Positions 51,037-61,942 of a stretch of DNA of 64,000 nt are shown piece after piece. Source of the stretch: Nitrospirota bacterium (GTDB lineage: Bacteria; Nitrospirota; Nitrospiria; Nitrospirales; Nitrospiraceae); assembly GCA_963701855.1 (NCBI GenBank), contig CAVPBK010000006.1, forward strand, positions 1,248,001 through 1,312,000. Direction: 5' to 3'. The position numbers and the translations under genes were made by a program. Under the pieces are notes generated by a model that saw nothing but the letters and a program-made list of their open reading frames with translations, was not told the origin of the DNA and searched no databases. The stretch's first letter is position 1; each line of letters opens with the position of its first letter.

Positions 51037-52302
51037 ATGGACAATATTACAGACTTATTCGCGCTGACCAAGACAGCCATTACCAACCTGCCGTTATTAG
51101 TGCGTTTCATGATCGGGTTTACCCTCTTCCTGTTGGTTCCAGGCCTTAGCGAGCGCTTGAAGATTCCTGGCATGGTGGGCTTGATCCTGGTGGGACTGCT
51201 CGGAGGGCCGAGCGGCATCGACATCTGGCCCGACAATCCGGTGTTATTGACCGCCTTCTCAGAGGTGGGGGTGCTCTTGGTTCTGTTCTATGCCGGCCTG
51301 GAAATCGATCTCGCCGTCTTTAAGCGGGTGGGCGGACGTGCCGTCTCTTTCGGCCTGGCGACATTGCTATTGCCGCTCTCGGCCGGGGCCGGCTTGAGCT
51401 ATCTCATGGGGTATGAACTCAACGCCGCCATCCTGATTGGCTCGCTCATCGCTTCGCACACTCTGCTCGGCTTTCCGATTCTGCAAAAGCTCGGTCTGGC
51501 CGGCCGCGAACCAGTGCTGGTGACCATCAGCGGGACCATCTTCACGGACATTGTCGCGCTGCTGATCCTCGCGGTGTGCGTGCAGATCCACCACACCGGT
51601 TTCGACAAAGCCACCCTGGCGCTGGAGATCATCGAAGTGGTGGTCTACGCCGCAATCGTGCTCTTCGTGGTCAGCCGCATCGCCGGTCATGTAATGAGCA
51701 AGTATCCGGCCAACCACGACATACAGTTGCTCGCGCTGCTGCTCATCATCACCGTATGCTCGCTACTGGCCCAAGTGATTCATCTGGAGCCGATTGTCGG
51801 CGCCTTCCTCGCCGGCGCCGCAGCCAGCCGTTCGTTGCAAGGCACGAAGGCGCGCGAGCATATCGAGGTGATTGGTAATACCCTCTTCATTCCGGCCTTC
51901 TTCTTCATGATCGGCATGAGGATCAATGCCGGCGAAACTCTGCGCATGCTGTGGGACAGCCCGTTGTTCTCGGTAGGACTGCTGTTCGCCCTGTTCGGCG
52001 CAAAATTTCTGGCCGCCTGGAGTGTCGGTTGGCTATCAGGCTATTCCGTCCTCGATCGTCTCAACATGTGGTCGCTGACCCTGCCCCAGGTCGCCGCCAC
52101 CATTGCCGCCACTGTCGTCGCCCACAGGACCATTAATTCCGCCGGCGAACCACTGATCGACAAGACCGTGGTGAGCGGCATCTTCGTGCTGGTGATGCTG
52201 ACCGCCACCTTCGGGCCGATCCTGACCGGGCGTTTCAGCAATGCGATCCACCAGAGGGAGGCATCTCTCGCGGCAGAGCCGCCCCCTGAAACGGCACGAT
52301 GA
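51037..52302 (+). CDS. Cation:proton antiporter (CPA2 family)
   Basis: LFYAGLEID, SHTLL, TD and GAFLAG motifs; about 12 TM helices. Confidence 0.88.
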   Translation: MDNITDLFALTKTAITNLPLLVRFMIGFTLFLLVPGLSERLKIPGMVGLILVGLLGGPSGIDIWPDNPVLLTAFSEVGVLLVLFYAGLEIDLAVFKRVGGRAVSFGLATLLLPLSAGAGLSYLMGYELNAAILIGSLIASHTLLGFPILQKLGLAGREPVLVTISGTIFTDIVALLILAVCVQIHHTGFDKATLALEIIEVVVYAAIVLFVVSRIAGHVMSKYPANHDIQLLALLLIITVCSLLAQVIHLEPIVGAFLAGAAASRSLQGTKAREHIEVIGNTLFIPAFFFMIGMRINAGETLRMLWDSPLFSVGLLFALFGAKFLAAWSVGWLSGYSVLDRLNMWSLTLPQVAATIAATVVAHRTINSAGEPLIDKTVVSGIFVLVMLTATFGPILTGRFSNAIHQREASLAAEPPPETAR

Positions 52303-52916
52303 GGAAGGTTTCAGTGAAACCAGGGATCCTATACCACCGTTACCTGATGACGGTTTTGACCGAGAAAGCAACGGTCGATCAGAACTTCAAAGGCTCATTC
52401 GCTGTGGGCGTCGCGCGTGCGGACTCGGTTACTGGTCCACTTCGAGCTGTCGCTTCTTTGTATAGAGAAACCGGGCGAGCTCGTACTCGAACGGCGATCC
52501 TGTCCGGTAGCACTGGAACGGAATGTTGTGGCGGGTGTCCGTCTCGTTTCCTCCGGTGTCACCCTCTTCCGGACTGCAGTCACTTGATCAGCTTTGCGAA
52601 ACGCGATGCTCATTGATGGGATCGTCGTTACGTTGGGTATACGGAGAAGGTGGGAAGCTAGTGAATCCCCAGGGCATTGTGAATTTTCAGACCCGGGCTG
52701 CTCTCAACACACCTGACTCGGTGTCTTTGAAACCAGCAACGGCGCAGGCGGACTTTTTTAGCATCCTGTTACTGAACCGACCATCAAATAGTGCGTAGTC
52801 TACTTTTGAAAATCCGCTGTTTCCACGGGAAAATTCACCTTACGAGAAAAGTTGTACGCGCACACTTTGAGGGTCTGATCAGTAACGCAGCGATCGCCGA
52901 CGCTATCGATCAGAGA

Positions 52917-54527
52917 TTACTCAGGTTGCACGGGTGGCTGGAGCGGAGCAGATGGATCTACGGTATTTGGAAGGGGGCGGGGAGTTCCATTCGGGCGTTC
53001 AAGTTTTTCTAAGACCTCTTGTTTGAGCCTCGTGGGTTCTTCAATCCGACCTTCGCGCTGGAGAGTCCCCATGTCCGCTGACTTACGGGCATTCAACTCC
53101 ACTATGTCAGCCTCATCTCTGATTAAGGATGGGGTCAGAAACACTAGCAGGCTAAGCTTGTCGGCTTGTTTGGATTGGGTTTTGAAGAGCCAACCTAAGA
53201 ATGGAATATCTCCAAGTAAAGGGACTTTACTTTCAGTGAGGATGATGTTGTCCGACACAAGCCCGCCGACGACGATTGTCTGTTGATCTTTCGCAATGGT
53301 GGTCGTCTCCATCGACCGTTTGGTCAAGGTGGGTCCGACCGGGACGCTGGCCGTCCCGGTCCCGATCGTTTGTGCGACACTCGTCGCAATCGCGGTGATC
53401 TCCTGCTTGATTTCTAATCGGATCAGATCATTCTCCAGGACCTGTGGAGTGATTTCCAGTGTGACGCCGACATCCTTTCGTTCGATCGTAACTAGGGTAC
53501 CACCCGTGATTCCCTGGGCCTGACCCGTGGGGAACGGAACATTTGAACCCACGACGATCTTGGCCTTTTGGTTATCTGCGGCGAGTACTTGAGGTGTCGA
53601 GAGGACGTTGGTATCTGTCAAGCTCATCAACAATTGTAAGAATGCGCGCACGTTGATCGTGTTCAGGATCGATACTCCTCCACTTGCCGCAGCGCCCGCA
53701 GCGCCCACAGCGACCCCACTAATGGACTGCGCGAGGCTTTGCAAATTTTCCGGTGTGTTGTTGAATCCGACAATGCCTCGCGCTGAACCGGCGCTGCCCG
53801 CGGCCAAAACCTGAAGAGGGTCGCTCCCGATCTGTCGGAGCCGGCTGAGCTGCACCTCCAAGATGACTGCTTCGACAAAGACCTGCTTTCGGCGCGAATC
53901 CAAGCCTTGAATGACGGACTGCAATTTGGTGTAGGCGCTTTTGGTCGAACTGATGATGATCGAGTTCGTGGCCTTGTCCGCGAAGACCTGGACAGGGGCT
54001 TCGAATTCGCTCAAGGGCCTAAATAGTGGTCGTGTGCCCGGTGCAGCCTGTGCCACAGTCTGAGACCGGGCAACGAGATTGGTCAGGATGGCGGCAAGAT
54101 CAGTGGCATTGGCGTTTTTGAGTTTGTAGACAAATACCCCTCGTTCTGGAGGAAGGTCTCCCATCGCCACGATTTGATGAACATTGCCCTTCGAAATGAC
54201 CGCGAGACGACTCACTTCGAGCGCCGCCAAGAACATGCTGTACGCTTGGTCGTGCGTGACCTTGGTGGGGGAATACACGCTGATTTTCCCACCGGCCTTC
54301 TTGACGACATCGTCTAAGACAAAGTTCTTACCGGTCAACTCGCTGATAAATCGAACAAAAACAGAGAGTTCGACATCGTTGAAGTCGAGGGAAACGCGGC
54401 TGGATACGTTTCCTGAAGATTCAGCTCGCGGGGCGAGAGGAAGCAGCAGGCCACTCAGCATTGCCAGCAGACAGACGAGAGAGGCCTGTCTGATCCAGCG
54501 CAATTGTTCGTAAGAGAAAAAACCCAT
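52917..54527 (-). CDS. gspD: Type II secretion secretin, GspD-like (compact N-terminus)
   Basis: N0 domain (LDFNDVEL..F..ISELTGKNF), QVFVEAVILEV, LSTP, VGVTLEITP and KVPLLGDIPFLGWLF motifs. Confidence 0.85.
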   Translation of the reverse strand: MGFFSYEQLRWIRQASLVCLLAMLSGLLLPLAPRAESSGNVSSRVSLDFNDVELSVFVRFISELTGKNFVLDDVVKKAGGKISVYSPTKVTHDQAYSMFLAALEVSRLAVISKGNVHQIVAMGDLPPERGVFVYKLKNANATDLAAILTNLVARSQTVAQAAPGTRPLFRPLSEFEAPVQVFADKATNSIIISSTKSAYTKLQSVIQGLDSRRKQVFVEAVILEVQLSRLRQIGSDPLQVLAAGSAGSARGIVGFNNTPENLQSLAQSISGVAVGAAGAAASGGVSILNTINVRAFLQLLMSLTDTNVLSTPQVLAADNQKAKIVVGSNVPFPTGQAQGITGGTLVTIERKDVGVTLEITPQVLENDLIRLEIKQEITAIATSVAQTIGTGTASVPVGPTLTKRSMETTTIAKDQQTIVVGGLVSDNIILTESKVPLLGDIPFLGWLFKTQSKQADKLSLLVFLTPSLIRDEADIVELNARKSADMGTLQREGRIEEPTRLKQEVLEKLERPNGTPRPLPNTVDPSAPLQPPVQPE

Positions 54528-54847
54528 GACTCTTAAATAAAATTAAGTGGAGAGACTGGTCATCCATCGGACCAGGTCGAGTATGAAAATAAAAACGGGG
54601 AACAAATGACGGTACCATAAGGCTTGTCATTGGCACAACCAACCAGCGTATCTGATGCATGAGCGTTGCTGCTGCAATTGCCGAGCAGCAACAGATTTTT
54701 GCGATTAGACGGTCGGACTTGCTGCTTGGTTGCTCGAAATCCTGCGTAGGGGTTCTCCCCCTCCCTCCCATGCCCACGCAACTCTGGCTCTGGCTTCGTG
54801 GGCTCTCACAGAAAGGGCCAGCCCATTTACTTGGAGTCTTTCCCTGG

Positions 54848-55014
54848 CCTACATTATTCATGAGCGTTTCTGCTGCAATCGCTGATCCGCTGCTACGAAG
54901 AGCCTACGGCCAGTGGGCTTGTTCCTCGAATCCTCAACGTACTGTACGAGTACGCCTCGGGGCTTCAGATCTCCACGCGCTGGTTTCGCGACGAACCGTG
55001 ATGAACAATGCGGA
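54848..55014. repeat. MITE-like element, family C
   Basis: CATTATTCATGA...GATGAACAATGCGG; inverted homolog of 19556-19763. Confidence 0.8.
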
Positions 55015-55159
55015 TTAGTCGCTCCGGGAAAATGTTCTCCCAGCGGCGGTTCTTGACGGGCTTGTTCATTTTTGAAAAATCATAGAGGGGAAGAAGGAGG
55101 AGTGGATTATCCAACACCTTAATAATCAAGGATATTCAAGCCCCCTATGAAGACCATGA

Positions 55160-55175
55160 TGGCACTAGGATTGCA
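55160..55175 (+). promoter_or_regulatory. Sigma-54 (-24/-12) promoter
   Basis: TGGCACTAGGATTGCA, near consensus with correct spacing, about 120 bp upstream of 55294. Confidence 0.65.
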
Positions 55176-55293
55176 GTTCTCGGTCCAGTTTGCCTCCCCG
55201 TAAGATCGTGGGAAACCGAACGGAAGCCAAAACTGTTGCAAAGTGGCTAGGGGAGCTACTTCGCATCTTTCAATGATCTGCTAAGGTTGTAGC

Positions 55294-58200
55294 GTGCGGA
55301 CCGACAAGAAACCCCCTCAAAAAACTGTCAAAAAGACTTCTTCCCGAGTTCATAGTCGGGGTGTGGTCGGCTACAGCAAGAAAAGCGCGCTTCTGGAAGA
55401 GGCCATCACCCACATGAACGCCGGCAAGTACGGCCGGTCGTCCGCCTCGTTGAAAGAGCTGCTCTCACTTGATCCTCACAACACGGAAGCCCGACGGCTC
55501 TTTGCCACGCTACATCTGCGATTAGGCAGCCTTGTCACGGCTCGGCAAGCGTTTGAGTCCCTCGCCAATGAAGCGATCGAGCGACAAGATTTATGGCTAG
55601 CCGAATCCTTGCTGCGCGAATACTTGGTTGCCGGACCCCGTTGTGTCCCGTTCCTCGAGCTCTTGGCACATGTGTATGAGGAAAAGGGGGATGTCATGGC
55701 TGCGGTGGATGAATTGGGCAAGGCCATCGGCATTCTTATCGAGGATATAGACCCTGAAAATCCCACGAAGCCCTCTCGGCTCTACGCCAAGGTAAGAGAG
55801 CTTGCTCCGGCAAGCCCTGCAGCCTTTCAGTTTGCCTCTCAATTTGACATACAAACAGGCGAGCTACTTGTGTCACCTCCGCTGGATACTGCCGATGTGG
55901 CGTCATCGAAAGTCGATGCCTCACACCCCCAGAGCGAAATCCTCGCCACCATTGAAGAAGCTAGGTCTTCTGATGCGATGCCGTGGGAACAGCTTGATGA
56001 GGCCCCCACGAATCAGGAAACTCCGCCACCCACTTCATCGAATCCCGTCATCGAATCGCTCGACGTTCCGGATGCTTTAATAGGTTCGGTGCCGGTCAGT
56101 TTGTCTCGACAGGAATTGGAGGTTCCATCGTCCGAATCTACAGGGCTTATCCAGGAGGCTAATTGCCTCAATCCGGGGGTGGCACCGTCGATATTGGCTG
56201 AGCCGCCGTTTCAGTTGAGTGGACATCGTGATGACGAGATGAGGGATCCGATCGTCGAACGTTCGCCCTTTGTGGAGGAGGGGCCTACTCCTAACTCTTC
56301 AGAGGAGCATCCTGGGGATGTCGAGAAAGTCAGCGTCTCTTCCGTCGAATCGCCGGGACTATCTGCTCCCATGCCCTGGGAGCAGATAGAGAACTCCACT
56401 ATCAGGATTGAGGAAACGGCCTTGTTAGCTCAATCGGAGGGAGCACCCAGGTTGGGTGCTGAATCCGTTCTTGTCCCGCCCACTACCACTCAGCCTGAAT
56501 CTCTATCGGATCAGTTGTCGAGTCCATCTCCTGTGCCAGACCTAGCAGAACCTAGCGAGTCGATTTTCGCGGCAGAGCCGTCGACGATTCCCGCGGTACT
56601 TCCAGAGACCGAAGTTCCGCCCCAGTCTGCCACCACACAGCTCGAATCTGCATCAGATCAGTTGTCGAGTCCTGTACCTGTGTCGGATTTGACAGAGCCT
56701 AATGAGTCGATTTTCGCGGCGGAGCCGTCAGCGATTCCTGCGGTAATCCCAGATCCAGAAGTCTCGCCTCCGTCCTCCGCCGATTCCACGCCCACGGTCC
56801 CATTCTCATGGAGCACCGTATTCGACGGCGCATGGAAGTTTGCCGCAGAAACTTTATCATCGAATTCGCCTGCCGCACCCTCCACGTCTGGTACAAGCTT
56901 ACAGGATGCGAGGGAATTAGAGTCAGTTCGACAAGAATCCGTGCCAGACTCAGAGGCCTCTTCACTATCAATTGGGCCAACCCCAGAACCGTCTATCGCT
57001 TTCAGCGATCCCGAGCCGTTGCCATCTGCTTATCCCTCAATATTAAATCAAGTGAGTGGATCGATTGCAGAAACACCCGGGATCAGAGAGTCAGATTTGC
57101 CACAGCCAATTGAGGCTCTTCTTTTGGAAGAATCCTTGCGGCCAGAGGAGCCACCAATTTTTCCGAGTGATGCCCCGAGCTCCTTCAAGGTAGACCTTCC
57201 GATGCCGCTTCTGCCGGAACCGGTCGAGTCCGCTCGTGAACCCGAACCAGTTTCAACTTCCTCTTATATGATGCCGCCCGTGGCGCTAGCTCAAGAAGCT
57301 CCCGCTCCAGAGCCTTCGTGTTCAGCGGCGATTTCGGAGGTACCACCTGAACCGGTTTCAACAGAGCATCATGAAAAACCCAGCACACTGTTCCAGGCCG
57401 CTGCGGCTCCTCCGCTCTTCGCAGCGCCAAGTGATGCACCGTCGGTATCTCCCGCCTCGATGGATATAATGTCGCGTTGGAGCACTGGCGAAGTCGAGGT
57501 TCAGCCACATCGTCCGTCTGAAAAGAAGCGAAACTGGGACAAGGAGAAGGGGGAGACACCAATCGATCCAGAGGTTCCGGTACCGCTGGTTGAGGAATCT
57601 TCTACAACGGTCGCCGAGTTATCGCGTAGTGGCGGATGGGAGTCGGCACTCCCGGAGGTGACAGCTCCTGTCGTTGAAGCGGTAGTCCCCGTCGTGGAAC
57701 AGGTTGTTCTTCAGGAAGATACGAAACCGGAATGGGTTCGGGCGAGTGAATCGATCTCGTTTGTGAATACTCCTTCGCCGTCTTCCGAGACGTGGCAGGA
57801 TTCCGGCGTTGAAGCCACTCACTCGAAGCTAGAACCTGCGCTCTCGGCCGCTGCATCGGCCGTTGATGTTCTTTTTGACTCAACGGGAGAGAAAAGGTCG
57901 GTTTCTACGCGGGACCGTGTGGTATCGCCAAGACCGCGCCCTCGGCTTGCCGCCAGAGTGGCGCGGGTCCGCATTGGCCTCTCGTCGTTTATCGGGTCTT
58001 GTTTTTCGACGACGCGATCGATTGTGTTGTTGTGTGCGGGGTTGGCGCTCTCTTGTGTTGTACTGGTGGCGATCGTCATCGGGGCGATTGGATTAGCCTG
58101 GATGGCGATGGAAGCTCCTCCGTCACCGGTCTATCAAAGCATGATAGCAAGTCCTCCACAGGTACTCACCGCTTCAACAAAAAACGGGTATTTCTTGCTA

Positions 58201-59400
58201 CTCGGCTTCGATGTTCCCGGGGAGCAGGATCCGCTCCAAGCGGGTTACGATCGCAAAGCGGAAGGAAGCGATCTTCAAGCTGCAAACGCCTGTATGCTCG
58301 GTGATGAGGGGAAAAGGACGACGACAGGGGCCTCTGCCAATGTGGTCAGTGGATGGTTCTCCGGTGCCGACCCAATGGCACAGCTGAAGCCGCAGGCTGC
58401 ATCGGTACGATCATGGGTGGCTCAAGAATCGCTCGCCCTCAAGCGTTACCAGCAGTGGCTGTCGATGTCGTTTGAAGATGCAGGCTACGGGAAAATCCTG
58501 AGTCCGAACTGTGCCCATATATTGCTGGCCCATCGATTATACCTGGCAGAAGGGTTTGCACAGGATCTCAGCACCGGTCTCGGACGTCTTGAGAACGATA
58601 TGAGGTCCTGGCGCACGGTGTTAGGCCAGTCGAAGACGTTGATGGTGAAGATGCTGGCAGCAACGGCAGTGCAGGACAATGCCGCAATCGTATCCGGGCT
58701 CATAACCAGTCAGGATCTTGATGAGACAGCGATCGGTCAACTTGGCAAGATCGTTCGCCCTCTGGATCAAGTTGAGTTGTCACTCCGATGGCCGATGCAA
58801 AGCCATCTTGTGTGGGGGACGAAGGCCGTGACGAATAGCCTGAAGAACGACAAGACCAACGAGCGTCCTCTGTACGTTTCCCTTGCGGCGGCAATGCCCC
58901 TTCCCGTGCAGCGGCGATCCAATGCCTATGCCGACTATTACGAGGCCGCGAGCAAAGCGGTAGCGGAAGGACGATACACCAACTTGCCGAAACCGTCTAG
59001 TTTCATTAGGACTCCCGCCATCAGCGTGGTGGACTACGTGGCGAATCCGATCGAGCATATCATCGGAATTGAGCCACTCCCCTCATGGGATCCCTATGTC
59101 GGGCGAACGGTGGAGACTGATGCGCGGCTTCGTCTGGTGAGCCTGCAAGTCTGGGTCAGACGAGGAGCTCAAGAGGAAAATCTGCTCACGCGCCTCGCAA
59201 AGGCAGGACAGGCCCACTACGATCCCTTTACCGGTCTTCCCATGCTGGTCAATCAGCAGAAGGGTGTGATGTATAGTGTCGGGCAAGACGGCACAGATCA
59301 GGAAGGTGATTCCTTGCGCGATGTCGTCGCAGCCATTCCCAAGACTCCATCGCCGGCAATTGAGAGCAGCCGCTCCGCAACCCCGCCCCGGTCCAAGTAA
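55294..59400 (+). CDS. Large membrane protein: N-terminal TPR, long acidic Pro/Ser-rich linker, one TM, C-terminal domain ending DPFTG...YSVGQDG
   Basis: 1368 aa ORF; 49-aa internal duplication at about 56486-56754. Confidence 0.8.
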   Translation: MRTDKKPPQKTVKKTSSRVHSRGVVGYSKKSALLEEAITHMNAGKYGRSSASLKELLSLDPHNTEARRLFATLHLRLGSLVTARQAFESLANEAIERQDLWLAESLLREYLVAGPRCVPFLELLAHVYEEKGDVMAAVDELGKAIGILIEDIDPENPTKPSRLYAKVRELAPASPAAFQFASQFDIQTGELLVSPPLDTADVASSKVDASHPQSEILATIEEARSSDAMPWEQLDEAPTNQETPPPTSSNPVIESLDVPDALIGSVPVSLSRQELEVPSSESTGLIQEANCLNPGVAPSILAEPPFQLSGHRDDEMRDPIVERSPFVEEGPTPNSSEEHPGDVEKVSVSSVESPGLSAPMPWEQIENSTIRIEETALLAQSEGAPRLGAESVLVPPTTTQPESLSDQLSSPSPVPDLAEPSESIFAAEPSTIPAVLPETEVPPQSATTQLESASDQLSSPVPVSDLTEPNESIFAAEPSAIPAVIPDPEVSPPSSADSTPTVPFSWSTVFDGAWKFAAETLSSNSPAAPSTSGTSLQDARELESVRQESVPDSEASSLSIGPTPEPSIAFSDPEPLPSAYPSILNQVSGSIAETPGIRESDLPQPIEALLLEESLRPEEPPIFPSDAPSSFKVDLPMPLLPEPVESAREPEPVSTSSYMMPPVALAQEAPAPEPSCSAAISEVPPEPVSTEHHEKPSTLFQAAAAPPLFAAPSDAPSVSPASMDIMSRWSTGEVEVQPHRPSEKKRNWDKEKGETPIDPEVPVPLVEESSTTVAELSRSGGWESALPEVTAPVVEAVVPVVEQVVLQEDTKPEWVRASESISFVNTPSPSSETWQDSGVEATHSKLEPALSAAASAVDVLFDSTGEKRSVSTRDRVVSPRPRPRLAARVARVRIGLSSFIGSCFSTTRSIVLLCAGLALSCVVLVAIVIGAIGLAWMAMEAPPSPVYQSMIASPPQVLTASTKNGYFLLLGFDVPGEQDPLQAGYDRKAEGSDLQAANACMLGDEGKRTTTGASANVVSGWFSGADPMAQLKPQAASVRSWVAQESLALKRYQQWLSMSFEDAGYGKILSPNCAHILLAHRLYLAEGFAQDLSTGLGRLENDMRSWRTVLGQSKTLMVKMLAATAVQDNAAIVSGLITSQDLDETAIGQLGKIVRPLDQVELSLRWPMQSHLVWGTKAVTNSLKNDKTNERPLYVSLAAAMPLPVQRRSNAYADYYEAASKAVAEGRYTNLPKPSSFIRTPAISVVDYVANPIEHIIGIEPLPSWDPYVGRTVETDARLRLVSLQVWVRRGAQEENLLTRLAKAGQAHYDPFTGLPMLVNQQKGVMYSVGQDGTDQEGDSLRDVVAAIPKTPSPAIESSRSATPPRSK

Positions 59401-59519
59401 TACATCAAGCCCTCATTCCCGCAGTCAAAGATTTCCGACTACGTCACCCGCGTTGATTGCTTGACACTGCCGACCGTATTCCACAGAATCACGGCACACC
59501 GTTCACCTGAATAGGCACC

Positions 59520-61001
59520 ATGGCGTTCCCACCATCACCATTTCCACACCTTCCCTCGGCGAAGAAAGGGACCACATTTCATTCCGCCATTCCGACGCAG
59601 ATCGTATCAAACGAAGAATTTACTCCCTTCAGCCAGACGGCAGACCAAGCCTGCGTTGAAGCGCATGCCATTACGCTTCTGGAACGAACCGCAGCTCGAC
59701 GAGGTCTCACGCGTCGAGACTTTCTCAGGACGACCGGCGGGATGGCAGCCGCGTTGCTGGCCATGAACTCGATCTTTGGGAAGTTCTTCGACATTGGAGA
59801 GATCGAACTGTTTGAAACGGCAGCCTTTGCCGAGCAGCAGGGCACTCCCTACTTCATCTTCGATGTGCAGACGCATTACGTCGGTTCGCACTTCGATCTG
59901 ACCAATGCGGAAAACAATCGAAAGGGCGCGGTATCCAAGCAGGGACTGCTGTCGCTCAGACGATGGATACGGGAATCAGGACTCAACCCAAAGCTTGCGG
60001 GCGATCGGGGCACCATCGACGATCTTTCGTGGGAGAATTTTGTGAAAGAAGTGTTTCTCGACAGTGAAACCACCATCGGCCTCATCAGCACACCGCCGGG
60101 GCCCTATCCGCAAGAAGCGGTCGTGCCTCCGAACGAGATGGCCCACATCCGCGACGAGGTCAATCGCCTTGCGCGGTCCCAGCGAATGCTCGCGCATGGA
60201 TTAGCCACGCCCCAACTGGGCGCGGCCGATTTGGATTTCATGGCGATGCAGGCGGAGACGCTCAAGGTTGATGCGTGGAAGTGTTACACCGGCTCTTGCC
60301 CGAAGGGATTCGATCGTGGCTGGTGGATGGACGATGAACGGATCGCCTATCCGATGTTGGAGCAGGCACGTAAGCTCAACGTGAAGCGTGTTTGCGTTCA
60401 CAAAGGACTTCCCCTTGGGCCCGTGCCGGACTACAACCACCCCAAGGATTTGATCAAGGCCGCAAGAGATTTTCCGGACATCGATTTCCTGGTCTATCAC
60501 GCGGGGCTCAAGAGCACCGCGATGGTTGATACAGTGTTTACAAGGACAGGTGAAATTCCCTGGACCACCGAGTTCTGCCGCATGAAGCAGGCGCAACCCG
60601 GAATCAAGAACATCTACATGGAACTCGGTTCCACCTTTGCGCAGCTCGTCACGACCCATCCGACAGTCTGCGCACATGTACTTGGGCAGATCATCGACGC
60701 GTTCGGCGTCGATCACGTGCTCTGGGGAACAGACTCGATTTGGTATGGTTCCCCGCAATGGCAGATTGAAGCCTTTCGGCGGTTCCAGATTCCTGATCGG
60801 CTGATCGAGCAGCATCGATATCAACCACTCACGCGCCAGGTGAAGGAACAGGTTTTTGGACTGAATGCGGCGCGAGTGTTTGGCGTCGATGCCAAGGCGA
60901 AGCGGAATGAGTTGTCTCTAGATGTGCTCGGACAACTCAGAATGAGTTATCTGGAAGAAGGACCGGAGCCGAGCCACAGAGCCTACGGATGGGTGGTGTG
61001 A
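59520..61001 (+). CDS. Amidohydrolase family protein with Tat-like motif
   Basis: TRRDFL, DVQTH, CVHKG, YHAG and WGTDS motifs. Confidence 0.85.
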   Translation: MAFPPSPFPHLPSAKKGTTFHSAIPTQIVSNEEFTPFSQTADQACVEAHAITLLERTAARRGLTRRDFLRTTGGMAAALLAMNSIFGKFFDIGEIELFETAAFAEQQGTPYFIFDVQTHYVGSHFDLTNAENNRKGAVSKQGLLSLRRWIRESGLNPKLAGDRGTIDDLSWENFVKEVFLDSETTIGLISTPPGPYPQEAVVPPNEMAHIRDEVNRLARSQRMLAHGLATPQLGAADLDFMAMQAETLKVDAWKCYTGSCPKGFDRGWWMDDERIAYPMLEQARKLNVKRVCVHKGLPLGPVPDYNHPKDLIKAARDFPDIDFLVYHAGLKSTAMVDTVFTRTGEIPWTTEFCRMKQAQPGIKNIYMELGSTFAQLVTTHPTVCAHVLGQIIDAFGVDHVLWGTDSIWYGSPQWQIEAFRRFQIPDRLIEQHRYQPLTRQVKEQVFGLNAARVFGVDAKAKRNELSLDVLGQLRMSYLEEGPEPSHRAYGWVV

Positions 61002-61034
61002 GAGCCGGTATAAATAGATGGAGGACGTGACGAC

Positions 61035-61718
61035 ATGAAAAGCGAAATCTTATATCCAGGTGCGTTCCCGATGGTGCGGGTGGAATTGGCTGCTGGTGAG
61101 AACATCAAAGCTGAGTCTGGCGCGATGGTGGCGTGTTCACCGACCATCGACATTGAAAGTAAGATGGAAGGCGGCTTTCTAGGAGCCCTGTCGCGGAAGT
61201 TTCTGACGGGGGAGAAGTTCTTCTTCCAGACGCTCCGCGCCAGCCGAGGCCCCGGTGAAGCATTGCTGGCTCCAACGGTGCCCGGAGAAATTGTCATCTT
61301 GGAACTCGATGGTGTGAACGACTACATGGTGCAGAAAGATGGCTTCCTCGCAGGCGCCGACGGGATCGTCATCGAAAACAAGATGCAGGGCCTGAGCCGT
61401 GGATTGCTAGGCGGAGAGGGCTTCTTCATTCTGAATATCAGCGGCAAGGGAACGCTCGTTCTGAATAGCTTCGGGGCCATTCACAAGATCGAGTTGAAGC
61501 CCAATCAGGAATACATCGTGGACAATAGCCATCTGGTAGCCTGGTCCTCCACGACCTCGTACAACATCGAAAAAGCCACCTCCGGCTGGGTGGCTAGTTT
61601 CACCTCAGGCGAAGGATTTGTCTGTCGGTTCCGAGGGCCAGGACTCGTCTACATTCAAAGCCGGAACCCAGGCAGTTTTGGAGCGTGGATCAGGCAATTC
61701 ATCCCAGTCTCCGAGTAG
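61035..61718 (+). CDS. TIGR00266/AIM24 family protein
   Basis: AESGAMV, GEKFF, GGEGFF, VDNSHLVAW and GPG.VYIQSRN motifs. Confidence 0.9.
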   Translation: MKSEILYPGAFPMVRVELAAGENIKAESGAMVACSPTIDIESKMEGGFLGALSRKFLTGEKFFFQTLRASRGPGEALLAPTVPGEIVILELDGVNDYMVQKDGFLAGADGIVIENKMQGLSRGLLGGEGFFILNISGKGTLVLNSFGAIHKIELKPNQEYIVDNSHLVAWSSTTSYNIEKATSGWVASFTSGEGFVCRFRGPGLVYIQSRNPGSFGAWIRQFIPVSE

Positions 61719-61930
61719 CGGATGCTGAAAATGCCTACGTTGTCACCCGCCCAACCCAGTCGCGCCAAGACGCTCCAGTTCCCAAGCTTCATTCTCGACT
61801 CGCAGGAAATCCTCAACGTACCCCATACGGATAAGGAGCTGTCTTGGCAGCTCGGGGAGGGAGGGTGGAAACTATCACGCCTCCGGTTTCTGCTCGCCCG
61901 CGGCCTTGTTCGCAGCCATTTTGAGCAGCC
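61718..61930. repeat. Family A-related MITE-like element
   Basis: GGATGCTGAAAA...TCACCCGCCCAACCC...CTCAACGTAC...CATTTTGAGCAGCC. Confidence 0.7.
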
Positions 61931-61942
61931 TTATAACCCTAG

